Shown here: in pieces, positions 17,051 to 26,962 of the stretch
How the letters are laid out: every line of letters starts with the position of its first letter
Position numbering within the stretch: the stretch's first letter is position 1
Origin: an uncultured Bacteroidota bacterium
Lineage (GTDB): Bacteria; Bacteroidota; Bacteroidia; Chitinophagales; Saprospiraceae
DNA length: 64,000 nt
Assembly: GCA_937861115.1 (NCBI GenBank)
Contig: CALMBD010000011.1
Coordinates: forward strand, 985-64,984
Direction: 5' to 3'
Notes under the pieces: generated by a model
What the model saw: only the letters and a program-made list of their open reading frames with translations
Database searches by the model: none
What the model was told of the DNA's origin: nothing
Program-made: the position numbers and the translations under genes

Positions 17051-18931
17051 ATGCTCCGTTATTACATTGCTTTCGCTTTCCTTTTGCTGTTTCTCAGCCC
17101 GCACTCCGCACAGACAAGTTTGTTTTTCCCCCGAAATCTCCAAAAGCCGTATGATAACGGCACCCGGAGCTGGGATGGCAAACCCGGCCCCAACTACTGG
17201 CAGAACCGCGCCAGTTACGTTATCAAAGCTACACTAGATCCCAAAACCCGACGCCTGAGCGGTGAGGAAACCGTTACATACTTCAACAACAGCCCCGACT
17301 CGCTCGACCGCATACGGTTCAAACTGCAACACGACCGGTACCGGAAAGGCGGACAACGTGCCTTTGATGTGACGCCGTCCGACGTGTCAGACGAAGGCGT
17401 GCGGATTGAGTCGCTCACCTACAACGGCGTCGAGGTAGACGAAAAGAGTCGGCGCCGCGCAAATACATTTCTGGATATCTCCCTGAAAAACAACCTATTA
17501 GTGCCAAAAGCCACGGCAACGATTACCGTGCGTTGGTCGTACACACTTCCCGCCGGGGAAGATGCCGCGCGCGAATGTGTATGCGACAGCACTACCTTTT
17601 TTGTGCCCTACTGGTACCCTCAAATCGCCGTTTACGACGACCTGCAAGGTTGGGCCAGCGCACCCTATAACGGGCAGTATGAGTTTTATCACGAATTTGC
17701 CGACTACGACGTGACGATCGCGATGCCATACGGCTTTCAGGTGTGGGCAACGGGCGAGTGGCAAAATGCTGCCGATTTGCTGGAGAAAACATACCTCGAC
17801 CGCTGGACCCGCGCGCATACCGCTGCCGATGTGGTGGCTGTTTTTTCAGAAAAGGAACTTGCTGCCGGCGGTGTTTACAAAAAGGCGGCACAAAATGTAT
17901 TCCGGTTCAAGGCTTCGGATGTGCCCGATTTTGCCTTCGCTGCGAGTGATCACAACAACTGGGATGCCACCTCTGTAGTCGTGGACGACAAAACAGGGCG
18001 CCGCACATTTGTCAGCGCGGCCTATAATACTTCCTCTACTGATTACCCGCAGGTTGCGCGCATCGCAGCCGACGGCATCCGGCTTATGAGCACTTACCTG
18101 CCGGGATATCCTTTCCCCTACCCATCCATGACGGTATTTAATGGCAACGACGGCATGGAATATCCCATGATGTGCAACGATGCCAGTACAGCCCCGCGCT
18201 CGCCCATGACCCTTACCGTCCATGAAGTGAGCCATACCTATTTCCCGTTCATGATGGGTATTAACGAGCAGGACTACGCCTGGATGGACGAAGGCTGGGC
18301 TTCATTTTTCGATTACACCCTGTCTGATTCCCTCAGCAACCATACTCTCGGCGGCGTGCGCGGCTATTCGTTTGTCGCCGGTACCGACAACGACATCCCG
18401 CCGATGGTACGCTCCCGCAACCTCAGTACCGGCTATCGAAATGCCTCCTACCAGCGCCCGCAAAATGCTTACCTCACCTTGCTCGACCTGCTGGGATACG
18501 ACAAATTTCACTCCTGTATGACTACCTACATGGATCGCTGGAAAGGCAAACACCCGGCTCCCTTCGACTTTTTCAATACCTGGAACGACGCTTCGGGGCA
18601 GAACCTCGACTGGTTCTGGCGCCCCTGGTTTTTCGAATGGGGATACCCGGATCTGGCCATTCAGGGCATTACAAACGACGAAGCCGCCAATTGTCAGGTG
18701 ATTTTAATTGCCCGCAAAGGCAATATTCCCGTCCCACTCCACCTTGTAGTGGAATACACTGATGGATCAAAGGAAACGATACACCAGACGGCAGCCATCT
18801 GGAAGGACGGTAAACAACAAACCCTGATCTCCTGTGCAAAAGCCAAAACGGTAAAAAATGCCGTACTTGGCTTGCGGACAATCCCCGATACCAATTCGAA
18901 AGACAACAAGTATCCGGCAGAAGACAAGTAA
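17051..18931 (+). CDS. M1-family (gluzincin) metallopeptidase, secreted
   Basis: The signal peptide is MLRYYIAFAFLLLFLSPHSAQ. HEVSHTYFPFMMGINEQDYAWMDEG gives the HExxH-x18-E motif. Confidence 0.8.
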   Translation: MLRYYIAFAFLLLFLSPHSAQTSLFFPRNLQKPYDNGTRSWDGKPGPNYWQNRASYVIKATLDPKTRRLSGEETVTYFNNSPDSLDRIRFKLQHDRYRKGGQRAFDVTPSDVSDEGVRIESLTYNGVEVDEKSRRRANTFLDISLKNNLLVPKATATITVRWSYTLPAGEDAARECVCDSTTFFVPYWYPQIAVYDDLQGWASAPYNGQYEFYHEFADYDVTIAMPYGFQVWATGEWQNAADLLEKTYLDRWTRAHTAADVVAVFSEKELAAGGVYKKAAQNVFRFKASDVPDFAFAASDHNNWDATSVVVDDKTGRRTFVSAAYNTSSTDYPQVARIAADGIRLMSTYLPGYPFPYPSMTVFNGNDGMEYPMMCNDASTAPRSPMTLTVHEVSHTYFPFMMGINEQDYAWMDEGWASFFDYTLSDSLSNHTLGGVRGYSFVAGTDNDIPPMVRSRNLSTGYRNASYQRPQNAYLTLLDLLGYDKFHSCMTTYMDRWKGKHPAPFDFFNTWNDASGQNLDWFWRPWFFEWGYPDLAIQGITNDEAANCQVILIARKGNIPVPLHLVVEYTDGSKETIHQTAAIWKDGKQQTLISCAKAKTVKNAVLGLRTIPDTNSKDNKYPAEDK

Positions 18932-19056
18932 GCGGAAAGCGCAACAAATACGAGATTGCTGAATGACACAATGACGAATGACACAATCCCGAAAACGTCT
19001 ATCTTTAGCTGGTAAAAACCTGATTCTCTAACCTTTCAATCAAACAACGCGACGGT

Positions 19057-19701
19057 ATGAAAACGAATAGTTTGCTCACTTATCTGCTCTATGCAGTGCT
19101 TGCCACGCTCGTCCTGGCGGCAGGATACAAGGCATGTCAGATGCAAAAGGAAAAGCAACTTAAAGCCCAGGAACAGGCTGAATGGCAGGAAACACTCAAA
19201 AAAATGTACCCGGCGACCGATTCTGCCGGCGGAGGCAGCGCGTATATTGGCAATGGCGAGAATACTCAGCCGGCCGTCACCAAAGACGGTATTGAAGATG
19301 ATGGCAGTAAAACGGGCAGCGCCAAGCAACCTGCCACCTCTCCAGGCAAACAAACGGCTCCTGTCATTGCCCAGCCCGTGGCGCCAAAGGAAACAACCAC
19401 GCCACAGACTACGTCCAAAACCACCACGACCAAAGGCAGTACGCCGGTAGTTGCCGGTCCCGGTTCCGGACGCTGGGAAGTGCGGGCCGGAACCTTTACC
19501 TATTTGGACGGCGCTCGTGAAAGACTCGAACAAGTGATCAAAATGGGCTATACCAATGCGGAAATCGGCAAAACAAATGGCGGGAAATACGCCATTGTCG
19601 TCGTTTTGCGTACCAACGACAAGGCCAGGGCCATTCAGGTGGGCGACCAGTTGGAAAAACGCGGCATTGATGCGTTTGTGCACGACCGGAATAAGAAGTA
19701 A
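19057..19701 (+). CDS. SPOR domain-containing membrane protein
   Basis: It has an N-terminal TM helix and a low-complexity T/P/K-rich linker. The C-terminus WEVRAGTFTYLDGARERLEQVIKMGYTNAEIGKTNGGKYAIVVVLRTNDKARAIQVGDQL is SPOR-like. Confidence 0.7.
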   Translation: MKTNSLLTYLLYAVLATLVLAAGYKACQMQKEKQLKAQEQAEWQETLKKMYPATDSAGGGSAYIGNGENTQPAVTKDGIEDDGSKTGSAKQPATSPGKQTAPVIAQPVAPKETTTPQTTSKTTTTKGSTPVVAGPGSGRWEVRAGTFTYLDGARERLEQVIKMGYTNAEIGKTNGGKYAIVVVLRTNDKARAIQVGDQLEKRGIDAFVHDRNKK

Positions 19702-19761
19702 CACATATATTGTTGTGTTGCTTCCACTGTTTCATTGCTACAATGCAGCAATCGAGCAGTT

Positions 19762-20613
19762 TTACACTTCAAACCGTAGGTGCTTCACGGTTTGACCTTT
19801 GTTGATCAGCTGCTTGAGTGAGTCGACACCAATTTTGAGGTGCAGGTTGGCAAAGTTTGCCGTCACCTCCTTATCGCTGGCTTCCGTTTTGACGCCTTCC
19901 CGCGTCATGGGCATGTCGCTCACCAACAGAAGTGCACCCGCAGGCATCTGATTCTTGAAGGCCGCTACAAAAATAGTCGCGGTCTCCATATCCACCGCAA
20001 TGCACCGCAGGTCGCGCAGGCGTTGCTTGAAGTCTTCCCGGTGCTCCCATACCCGCTTGTTGGTAGTGTACACCACTCCGGTCCAGTAGTCCTGCTCGTA
20101 GTCGCGGATTGTTGTGGATACGGCTTTTTGAAGTGCGAAGGCCGGTAATGCAGGCAACTCTGGCGGAAGATAGTCGTTGCTGGTACCCTCGCCGCGCACG
20201 GCAGCTATGGGAAGGATAAGGTCGCCGACGTGATTTTTTCCCGTCTTCAACCCGCCACACTTACCGAGGAACAATACAGCCTTGGGGTGGATGGCTTCCA
20301 GCAGATCGATAATAAGACCTGCATTCGGACTGCCAATACCGAAATTAATGATGGTGATGCCGTTTGCCGTAGCGGCCTGCATGGGCTTGTCGGCGCCGAA
20401 TATTTGCACATCATATATATCGGCGAACGTCTTGACGTAGCCGCCGAAGTTGACCAGCAGGATGTACTCCCCGAACTTGTCCAGCGGCATTGCGGTGTAG
20501 CGCGGCAGCCAATCCCGGACAATTTCAACCTTTGCGGCTTTTTCCGCCGCATGTAATTCCTGTGCTACGGCATCGAGGTCTTCCGGGTGTAGTTTTAGTT
20601 TGGACTTATTCAT
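19762..20613 (-). CDS. amn: AMP nucleosidase (short form, PNP/UDP phosphorylase fold)
   Basis: Motifs seen: LLVNFGGYV, FGIGSPNAGLIIDLL, VLFLGKCGGLK, VGDLILPIAAVRGEGTSNDY and AVDMETATIF. Confidence 0.8.
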   Translation of the reverse strand: MNKSKLKLHPEDLDAVAQELHAAEKAAKVEIVRDWLPRYTAMPLDKFGEYILLVNFGGYVKTFADIYDVQIFGADKPMQAATANGITIINFGIGSPNAGLIIDLLEAIHPKAVLFLGKCGGLKTGKNHVGDLILPIAAVRGEGTSNDYLPPELPALPAFALQKAVSTTIRDYEQDYWTGVVYTTNKRVWEHREDFKQRLRDLRCIAVDMETATIFVAAFKNQMPAGALLLVSDMPMTREGVKTEASDKEVTANFANLHLKIGVDSLKQLINKGQTVKHLRFEV

Positions 20614-20694
20614 AGGCCATTCAGTTTGGAACCAAAGGTCGGGTACGCGCGCCGGCTATTCATGTTTTTTTCATGGTGGCGGGTACAGGATGTT

Positions 20695-23637
20695 CTACCT
20701 GATGGCCTTGTACACAATCGACTGCATCCGGGGCCTGTAATCGCCCGAAATCAGTTTGTTGTTTTCCATCGTCGGGTAGGTTCGGTTGGATAAAAAAATG
20801 AAGATCAGGTTTTTGTCAGGGTCGGCCCACACGCAGGTGCCGGTAAAGCCGAGGTGCCCAAAGGTATTCGGGCCGGCCAATGCGCTCATGTTCGGGCTCT
20901 CTTTGGGGCTCAGTTCTTTCATATCGAAGCCGATACCGCGCCGGGTGCTGCGGGGGAAGCGGGTCGTGAACATCTTTACCGTTTCCGGCAGCAGGTAATT
21001 TTTACCGCCATAGGAGCCTCTGTTGAGCAGCATCTGGAAAATTTTTGCCAGGTCGTTGGCACTGCTGAACAATCCCGCGTGGCCGCTTACCCCGCCGAGC
21101 ATGGCAGCGCCCATGTCGTGCACATAGCCCTGCAGGCGTTGCTGGCGGAAATAGCGGTCTTCCTCTGTTGGCGCACAACGCAGGGTGAGTCCTTTTTGCC
21201 AGGGGTTGAAAGTCGTGGTGGCCAGTCCGAGCGGCCGGTAAAACTGGCGGTCGGCAAACTGGTCGAGGGCCATACCGCTGGTGTTGCTGACGGCGCGGGC
21301 GGTGAGAAAAAGGTCGAGATCGGAGTATTTGTAATTTTTGTCTTCCAGCAGGGGAGAATAAAAAATCTGCTGCCAGATGCTGTCCACCCAGGCGTTGTCC
21401 ATGTACATATCAGGGGCAACGGGCACTTCCGAATCGGGATCCTGCTCCCGGTGATAGATATGCGCGTCGGGCAGTCCGTTCTCCAGTGTAGCCTTGTAAA
21501 AGGGTATCCAGGGCTTTAACCCGGCGTGGTGTGCCATGATCTCCCTGACCGTCAGGTCCCGTTTATCGGTGGACTTCAACTCGGGCACGTAACGGCTCAT
21601 GGCAGTGTCGAGGCTGATTTTTTTATCCTCCACCAGTTTCATGGTTGAAATGGTGGTAGCAGCCACTTTGGTGACGGATGCCAGGTCGTAAATGGTTTCC
21701 AGGTTGACCGCCGTCGTTTGCTCGTACGTCTGGAAGCCGTATGCCTTGTACCAGACCACCTTGTTGTCTTTTGCAACCAATATCTGGCAGCCGGGCGCCG
21801 CTCCGGTTGTAATAAGTTCATTCGCCAGGCCGTCGAGGAGCGCAAGGGTGTCGCTGTTCAGGCCGACTGCTTCAGGAAGATCATACCCCATCCGCTTTCG
21901 GGCGTATGTTTTTTCAATGCCCTGTCCGAATTTGGCCGACGGGCATGCAGATACGGGTAATTTCCCTTTCAGATCGAGGGCGCCGAACAGGCCCTGTGCG
22001 GCCAGTTGCTGGGCGTAGGGGTCTTCGGTGTAGGCCTGCAACAGAACGGGGCAATCGTCAAAATAACGCAGGCTGTACGGGCTGCCGAACATAGTCACCA
22101 CAGGTGTAGTCACCTCTTTCAGCCGATGCACCAGGTTGATCTGATTTTCAGTCAGGCCGAAATTATCGGCTGCTTTCGTTCGGGTATTGTGAAAACTGAC
22201 CAGCACCACATCGAATGTGCGGAGCGTATCCAGCAAACGGGCGGCTAAAACGGAATCGATCTGCTTGCCGGCATTAAAATGAGTGACCGGCGCATAAAAA
22301 CCGCAGTAGGTCTGAAAAACGGTGCGGTTGCTGTCGCCCAGGGCCAGAGAGGCTATTTTCTGTTTTTCCAGGTCCGGGAAGCCGGTTATGCCCTGCTGGT
22401 CGCGCACCAGTGTCAGGGCGCTGGCGACGAGCCTGCGTTTCAGTTCCAGCGCCTTTGGGCTCATCATATCGCGGCGCATATTGGCAATTTCAACCCGTTG
22501 CGGAGTGGTAAGTCCGAGCCTGTATTTGGCGCGCAGGATGCGTTTGACGCTGGCGTGCAGGCGGCTGCGGTCGAGCGTGCCGTCGGCGAGTGCTGCGGGA
22601 ATGGCCTGCATGGTAGCGACGATGTCGACCGGCAGGAGCACCATATCGTTGCCGGCCCGCAGCGCTTCAATATCCGCTTCCGCGGGTTTGAAATGCTTTT
22701 TTACGCCCTCCATTTCCATTGCATCGGTAAATATCAGGCCTTCGAAGCCAAACTCCTTTCGGAGCAATCCTGTGATAGTAGGCTCGCTCAGGGAAGACGG
22801 GCGGTCCGGCCGGTTGTCGAGTGCCGGCACGCTCAAATGCGCCACCATGATCGAGCCGACACCCGCCTGTGCCATTGCCCGGAAAGGGAACAGTTCGAGG
22901 CTGTCGAGTCGTTCGCGGTTATAGCCGATCACCGGCAGATCGAAATGCGAATCCATATTGGTGTCGCCATGACCGGGAAAATGCTTGGCGCAGGCCAGTA
23001 CGCCGCCGTCCTGAAGTCCCATCATGTATTGAAAGACCTTGGCCGTCACGTTGTTGCGATCTTCTCCGTACGAGCGTTCGTTGATCACCGGGTTGGCGGC
23101 ATTGTTGTTGATGTCGGCATCCGGGGCGAAATTCACGTTCACGCCCATGCGCAGGCATTCGCGGGCGATTTCACGCCCCATTTCATAGATCAACCGATTG
23201 TCTTGTATGGCGCCAAGCATCATGGCCCTTGGAAAAGAGACAGCACTTTCCCTGTAGCGCATGCCGATGCCGTTTTCAAAATCGGCGGAGATCATCAGCG
23301 GCAGGTGCGGGCTGGCAGCCTGGTAACGGTTGGTCAGCGCGGCCTGTTTCTCTACCGTGCCGGCAAACGTCGGGTTGAAAAAACACAGGCCGGCAGGTTT
23401 GTAGCGCCGGATCAGGTCTTCCACCTGTTGTTCGTACAAAGAATCCTTGTCGGCATGCGCGCGCAGCATGAACAATTGCCCGAGGCGTTCGGCCTCCGTG
23501 AGCGCGTCAAAAACGGAATCTACCCAGAATGCTTCCCGGGGGTCGGGCGACTTTGAAAAGTCAAAAGGGCGATGTTCGTCTGCCGAAAGCGTCAACAGGC
23601 CGATGGCTGAAATGATGATGATGGAAGATCGATGCAC
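20695..23637 (-). CDS. GH3 beta-N-acetylhexosaminidase (NagZ-like) fused to a serine beta-lactamase/PBP-like hydrolase domain
   Basis: 980 aa. The N-terminal half has KHFPGHGDTNMDSH and IFTDAMEMEG (GH3). The C-terminal half has DLASVTKV (SxxK) and YKYSDLDL (YxN-like). Confidence 0.85.
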   Translation of the reverse strand: MHRSSIIIISAIGLLTLSADEHRPFDFSKSPDPREAFWVDSVFDALTEAERLGQLFMLRAHADKDSLYEQQVEDLIRRYKPAGLCFFNPTFAGTVEKQAALTNRYQAASPHLPLMISADFENGIGMRYRESAVSFPRAMMLGAIQDNRLIYEMGREIARECLRMGVNVNFAPDADINNNAANPVINERSYGEDRNNVTAKVFQYMMGLQDGGVLACAKHFPGHGDTNMDSHFDLPVIGYNRERLDSLELFPFRAMAQAGVGSIMVAHLSVPALDNRPDRPSSLSEPTITGLLRKEFGFEGLIFTDAMEMEGVKKHFKPAEADIEALRAGNDMVLLPVDIVATMQAIPAALADGTLDRSRLHASVKRILRAKYRLGLTTPQRVEIANMRRDMMSPKALELKRRLVASALTLVRDQQGITGFPDLEKQKIASLALGDSNRTVFQTYCGFYAPVTHFNAGKQIDSVLAARLLDTLRTFDVVLVSFHNTRTKAADNFGLTENQINLVHRLKEVTTPVVTMFGSPYSLRYFDDCPVLLQAYTEDPYAQQLAAQGLFGALDLKGKLPVSACPSAKFGQGIEKTYARKRMGYDLPEAVGLNSDTLALLDGLANELITTGAAPGCQILVAKDNKVVWYKAYGFQTYEQTTAVNLETIYDLASVTKVAATTISTMKLVEDKKISLDTAMSRYVPELKSTDKRDLTVREIMAHHAGLKPWIPFYKATLENGLPDAHIYHREQDPDSEVPVAPDMYMDNAWVDSIWQQIFYSPLLEDKNYKYSDLDLFLTARAVSNTSGMALDQFADRQFYRPLGLATTTFNPWQKGLTLRCAPTEEDRYFRQQRLQGYVHDMGAAMLGGVSGHAGLFSSANDLAKIFQMLLNRGSYGGKNYLLPETVKMFTTRFPRSTRRGIGFDMKELSPKESPNMSALAGPNTFGHLGFTGTCVWADPDKNLIFIFLSNRTYPTMENNKLISGDYRPRMQSIVYKAIR

Positions 23638-23670
23638 GGGAAATGATATATTTTAGAACGGCAAAGTTGA

Positions 23671-23678
23671 CAAAAATA
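23671..23678 (-). promoter_or_regulatory. Candidate -7 promoter box for the GH3 fusion gene
   Basis: Plus-strand CAAAAATA equals TATTTTTG on the minus strand. It lies 34 nt upstream of the start at 23637. Confidence 0.35.
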
Positions 23679-23746
23679 AATTTCTCCGGTAAACCAACGT
23701 ACTTTCCGGCTGTTTTTGATGTTCAACCTTATCTACAACACTGCCA

Positions 23747-26700
23747 GTGAACATATCCGACGTCTCCCTTCGCCGCCCTGTGATGGCCACGGTCATGAGT
23801 ATTTTGATCGTCGTATTTGGCGCCATCAGTTTTCGCTACCTGGGCATTCGTGAATATCCGGCTATCGACCCGCCCACTATTTCTGTGCGTACCTCCTATA
23901 CCGGGGCCAACGCGGATGTTGTGGAAAGCCAGATCACCGAGCCGTTGGAAAAAGCAGTAAACAGTATTGCCGGCATACGCTCGGTTTCCTCCCAATCGGC
24001 ATTGGGCAACAGTACTATTACGATTGAGTTTGACCTGAGTTCCAACCTCGAACAGGCAGCTAACGATGTGCGCGACAAGGTCAGCCAGGCCGTGCGCGAC
24101 CTTCCGCAGGATATCGATGCCCCGCCGGTGGTGACCAAGGCCGACGCCAACAGCGATCCGATTATGTTCATTCCCCTGCAGAGCAGCACGCGCAGCGTGA
24201 TGGAACTGTCGGATTATGCCGAAAATGTGCTGATGGAAAAGTTGCAGACCATTCCTGGAGTGAGCGAGGTGCGTATTTATGGGGAAAAACGGCCTGCCAT
24301 GCGCTTGTGGATCGACCCGGCCAAACTGGCTGCCTACGGTTTGACGGTGCAGGATGTGCAAAATGCGCTGGACCGGGAGAACGTGGAACTTCCGGGCGGA
24401 AAACTGCGCGGCGACGCCACGGAGATCACGGTAAAAACATTCGGACGACTCCAGACAGAGGAAGAATTCAACAACATGATCGTGCGGCAGACGGACGGGC
24501 AAACGATCCGGTTTCGCGACCTTGGAGAAGCGGTGCTTGGCCCCGAGAACGACGAATTCAGCGCGCGCAGGAACAATGTCACCAATGTATCGCTGGCCCT
24601 GATCCCGCAGCCCGGCGCCAACCTGATCGAGATAACCGACGAGTTCTACCGCCGCTACGAGCAGATCAAAAAAGAACTTCCGCCCGATATCCAGACAGAG
24701 GTGGGGCTCGACAAATCACGGTTCGTGCGCAAAGCCATCATGGAGGTGGGCGAGACGCTGGCCATTGCCATTATCCTGGTGGTGCTCATCATATACCTGT
24801 TTTTCCGAAACTGGATCATCGCACTCCGCCCCCTGATCGACATACCCGTTTCGCTCATCGGCGCCTTCTTCATCATGTATATCTTCGGGTTCAGCATCAA
24901 TGTGCTGACCCTGCTGGCTATCGTACTTGCCACCGGTCTGGTGGTCGACGACGGTATTGTGGTGACGGAAAATATTTTCAAAAAAATAGAAGCGGGCATG
25001 GACAAGTGGACGGCGGCGCGGGAAGGGACCAAGGAAATTTTCTTTGCAGTTATTTCCACGTCTATTACGCTTGCCGTGGTGTTTATCCCGGTCATCTTCC
25101 TTCAGGGTTTTACCGGCAGGTTGTTTAGGGAATTCGGTATTGTGATCGCCGGCGCCGTATTGATCTCGGCCTTTGTATCGCTCACCCTGACACCTGTACT
25201 TAACGTTAAACTCAGCGCAAAATCGCACGATAACGGGTGGTTTTACCGGGTTACGGAGCCGTTTTTTACGGGCATGGACCGGGTATATGGCCAGACATTG
25301 CGCTCGTTCATGCGTTTTCGCTGGATGAGTCTGGTCTTGTTGCTCGGGTGCTTCGGACTGATCTGGCACTACCAGCGCACACTGAAAACCGAACTGGCGC
25401 CGCTGGAGGACCGCAGTTCGATTCGCGCGCCGATCACGGCGCCGGAGGGTACCGATTTCGATATAACCGAAGATATTATTTACCGCCTTACGGCCCAGGT
25501 TATGGATTCTGTGCCGGAGTATCAGATGATCTTCGGTATCACAGCGCCGGGTCGTATCGGAGCGGGTAGTGCCAATACAGGATTTATCAGCCTGATGCTT
25601 TCCGATCCCGATACACGCAACCGCAGCCAGCAGCAGATATACGACCAGATGGTGCGCATGACCCGTGGCTTTACGGAAGCGCGCATCTTTCCCAACCAGG
25701 AACAGACGATCTCGACCAGTTTCGGCGCAAGCCTGTCCCTGCCGGTGCAGTTCGTTATCCAGAGCCTAGACTTTGATCGACTGAAAGACGTAGTGCCCAA
25801 ATTCCTGGAAGAGGCCCGAAAAGACCCTACTTTTGGTAATGTCGATGTCAACCTCAAGTTCAATAAACCCGAGATACAGATCGAGATCGATCGCCTGAAA
25901 GCGGCAGAACTGGGTGTCAGCGTACTTGACATCAGCCAGACGGTGCAACTGGCGCTCTCGGGGCGTCGCTTTGGCTATTTTCTGATGAACGGTAAGCAGT
26001 ACCAGGTCATCGGTCAGGTCGATCGCGCCGATCGCGACGAACCGATCGATCTGGCCGCTCTGTATGTGCGCAACAACCGCGGAGAGATGATCCAGCTCGA
26101 CAACATCGTGCAATTTCGCGAAACGAGCAATCCACCGATCCTGTACCACTACAACCGGTATAAGGCCGCCACGATCAGCGCGGCGCTGGCGCCGGGCAAA
26201 ACGCTCGGTGAGGGCATTGAGGCCATGGAAGCCATATCCGGGCGCCTGCTCGACGATTCGTTTGAAACCGACCTCAGCGGTCCTTCGCGCGACTTCCGCG
26301 AGAGCAGCGGCAATACGGCCTTTGCCTTTTTCCTGGCGCTGGGCCTGATCTACCTCATTCTGGCCGCCCAGTTCGAGAGTTTCCGCGACCCGTTCATCAT
26401 CATGATCACGGTGCCGCTGGCTATAGCCGGCGCCTACCTGTCGCTGGCGCTCACCCACAATACGATCAATATTTTCTCCCAGATCGGCATGATCATGCTT
26501 ATCGGTCTGGTGACCAAAAACGGCATCCTTATCGTCGAATTTGCCAACCAGAAAATGCGATCCGGTCGCGGACTGAGCAAACGGCAGGCCGTCGTCGAGG
26601 CAGCGCAGGCACGCCTCCGGCCCATCCTGATGACTACCCTGGCCACGGCGCTGGGCGCCCTGCCGATTGCCCTGGCGTTGGGCGCGGCGGCTACCAGCCG

Positions 26701-26884
26701 TATACCGCTGGGCGTGGTGGTAGTGGGCGGACTGATATTTTCGCTCATGCTGACCCTGTTCGTTATACCGGCGATGTATGTTTTCCTGAGCGGCAAAAAA
26801 CAAAGCAACGTGCCCTGGGAAGATCCATCAGAACAAGGGTTGAGCGATAAAAAGACAGAAGTGCCGGTCCGGGAGGTCGCCTGA
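23747..26884 (+). CDS. RND efflux transporter permease (AcrB/HAE1 family)
   Basis: 1045 aa with a GTG start. MNISDVSLRRPVMATVMSILIVVFG is a typical AcrB N-terminus. Also present: GLVVDDGIVVTENI, and duplicated 6-TM halves each with a large periplasmic loop. Confidence 0.95.
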   Translation: MNISDVSLRRPVMATVMSILIVVFGAISFRYLGIREYPAIDPPTISVRTSYTGANADVVESQITEPLEKAVNSIAGIRSVSSQSALGNSTITIEFDLSSNLEQAANDVRDKVSQAVRDLPQDIDAPPVVTKADANSDPIMFIPLQSSTRSVMELSDYAENVLMEKLQTIPGVSEVRIYGEKRPAMRLWIDPAKLAAYGLTVQDVQNALDRENVELPGGKLRGDATEITVKTFGRLQTEEEFNNMIVRQTDGQTIRFRDLGEAVLGPENDEFSARRNNVTNVSLALIPQPGANLIEITDEFYRRYEQIKKELPPDIQTEVGLDKSRFVRKAIMEVGETLAIAIILVVLIIYLFFRNWIIALRPLIDIPVSLIGAFFIMYIFGFSINVLTLLAIVLATGLVVDDGIVVTENIFKKIEAGMDKWTAAREGTKEIFFAVISTSITLAVVFIPVIFLQGFTGRLFREFGIVIAGAVLISAFVSLTLTPVLNVKLSAKSHDNGWFYRVTEPFFTGMDRVYGQTLRSFMRFRWMSLVLLLGCFGLIWHYQRTLKTELAPLEDRSSIRAPITAPEGTDFDITEDIIYRLTAQVMDSVPEYQMIFGITAPGRIGAGSANTGFISLMLSDPDTRNRSQQQIYDQMVRMTRGFTEARIFPNQEQTISTSFGASLSLPVQFVIQSLDFDRLKDVVPKFLEEARKDPTFGNVDVNLKFNKPEIQIEIDRLKAAELGVSVLDISQTVQLALSGRRFGYFLMNGKQYQVIGQVDRADRDEPIDLAALYVRNNRGEMIQLDNIVQFRETSNPPILYHYNRYKAATISAALAPGKTLGEGIEAMEAISGRLLDDSFETDLSGPSRDFRESSGNTAFAFFLALGLIYLILAAQFESFRDPFIIMITVPLAIAGAYLSLALTHNTINIFSQIGMIMLIGLVTKNGILIVEFANQKMRSGRGLSKRQAVVEAAQARLRPILMTTLATALGALPIALALGAAATSRIPLGVVVVGGLIFSLMLTLFVIPAMYVFLSGKKQSNVPWEDPSEQGLSDKKTEVPVREVA

Positions 26885-26962
26885 ACGATTTCGCAAACCG
26901 GACCGCAACGATTATCACATGAGCACCCGCGCCTGGCGTCTCAGCAGATTTATTTTGACGGC

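Noticed and set aside
18961-18987. Direct repeat GAATGACACAAT-GAC-GAATGACACAAT after the M1 peptidase gene
   Set aside because: It is real but only 12 nt in two copies, in a 3' intergenic region with no associated structure. It is too small to interpret and is most likely a chance or slippage duplication.
19036-19704. 222-aa minus-strand ORF overlapping the SPOR gene
   Set aside because: The plus-strand frame gives a TM helix plus a recognisable SPOR domain. The minus frame is an R/G/F-rich shadow.
22279-23556. 425-aa plus-strand ORF
   Set aside because: It is antisense to the GH3/beta-lactamase fusion gene and has no motifs. It is a shadow ORF.
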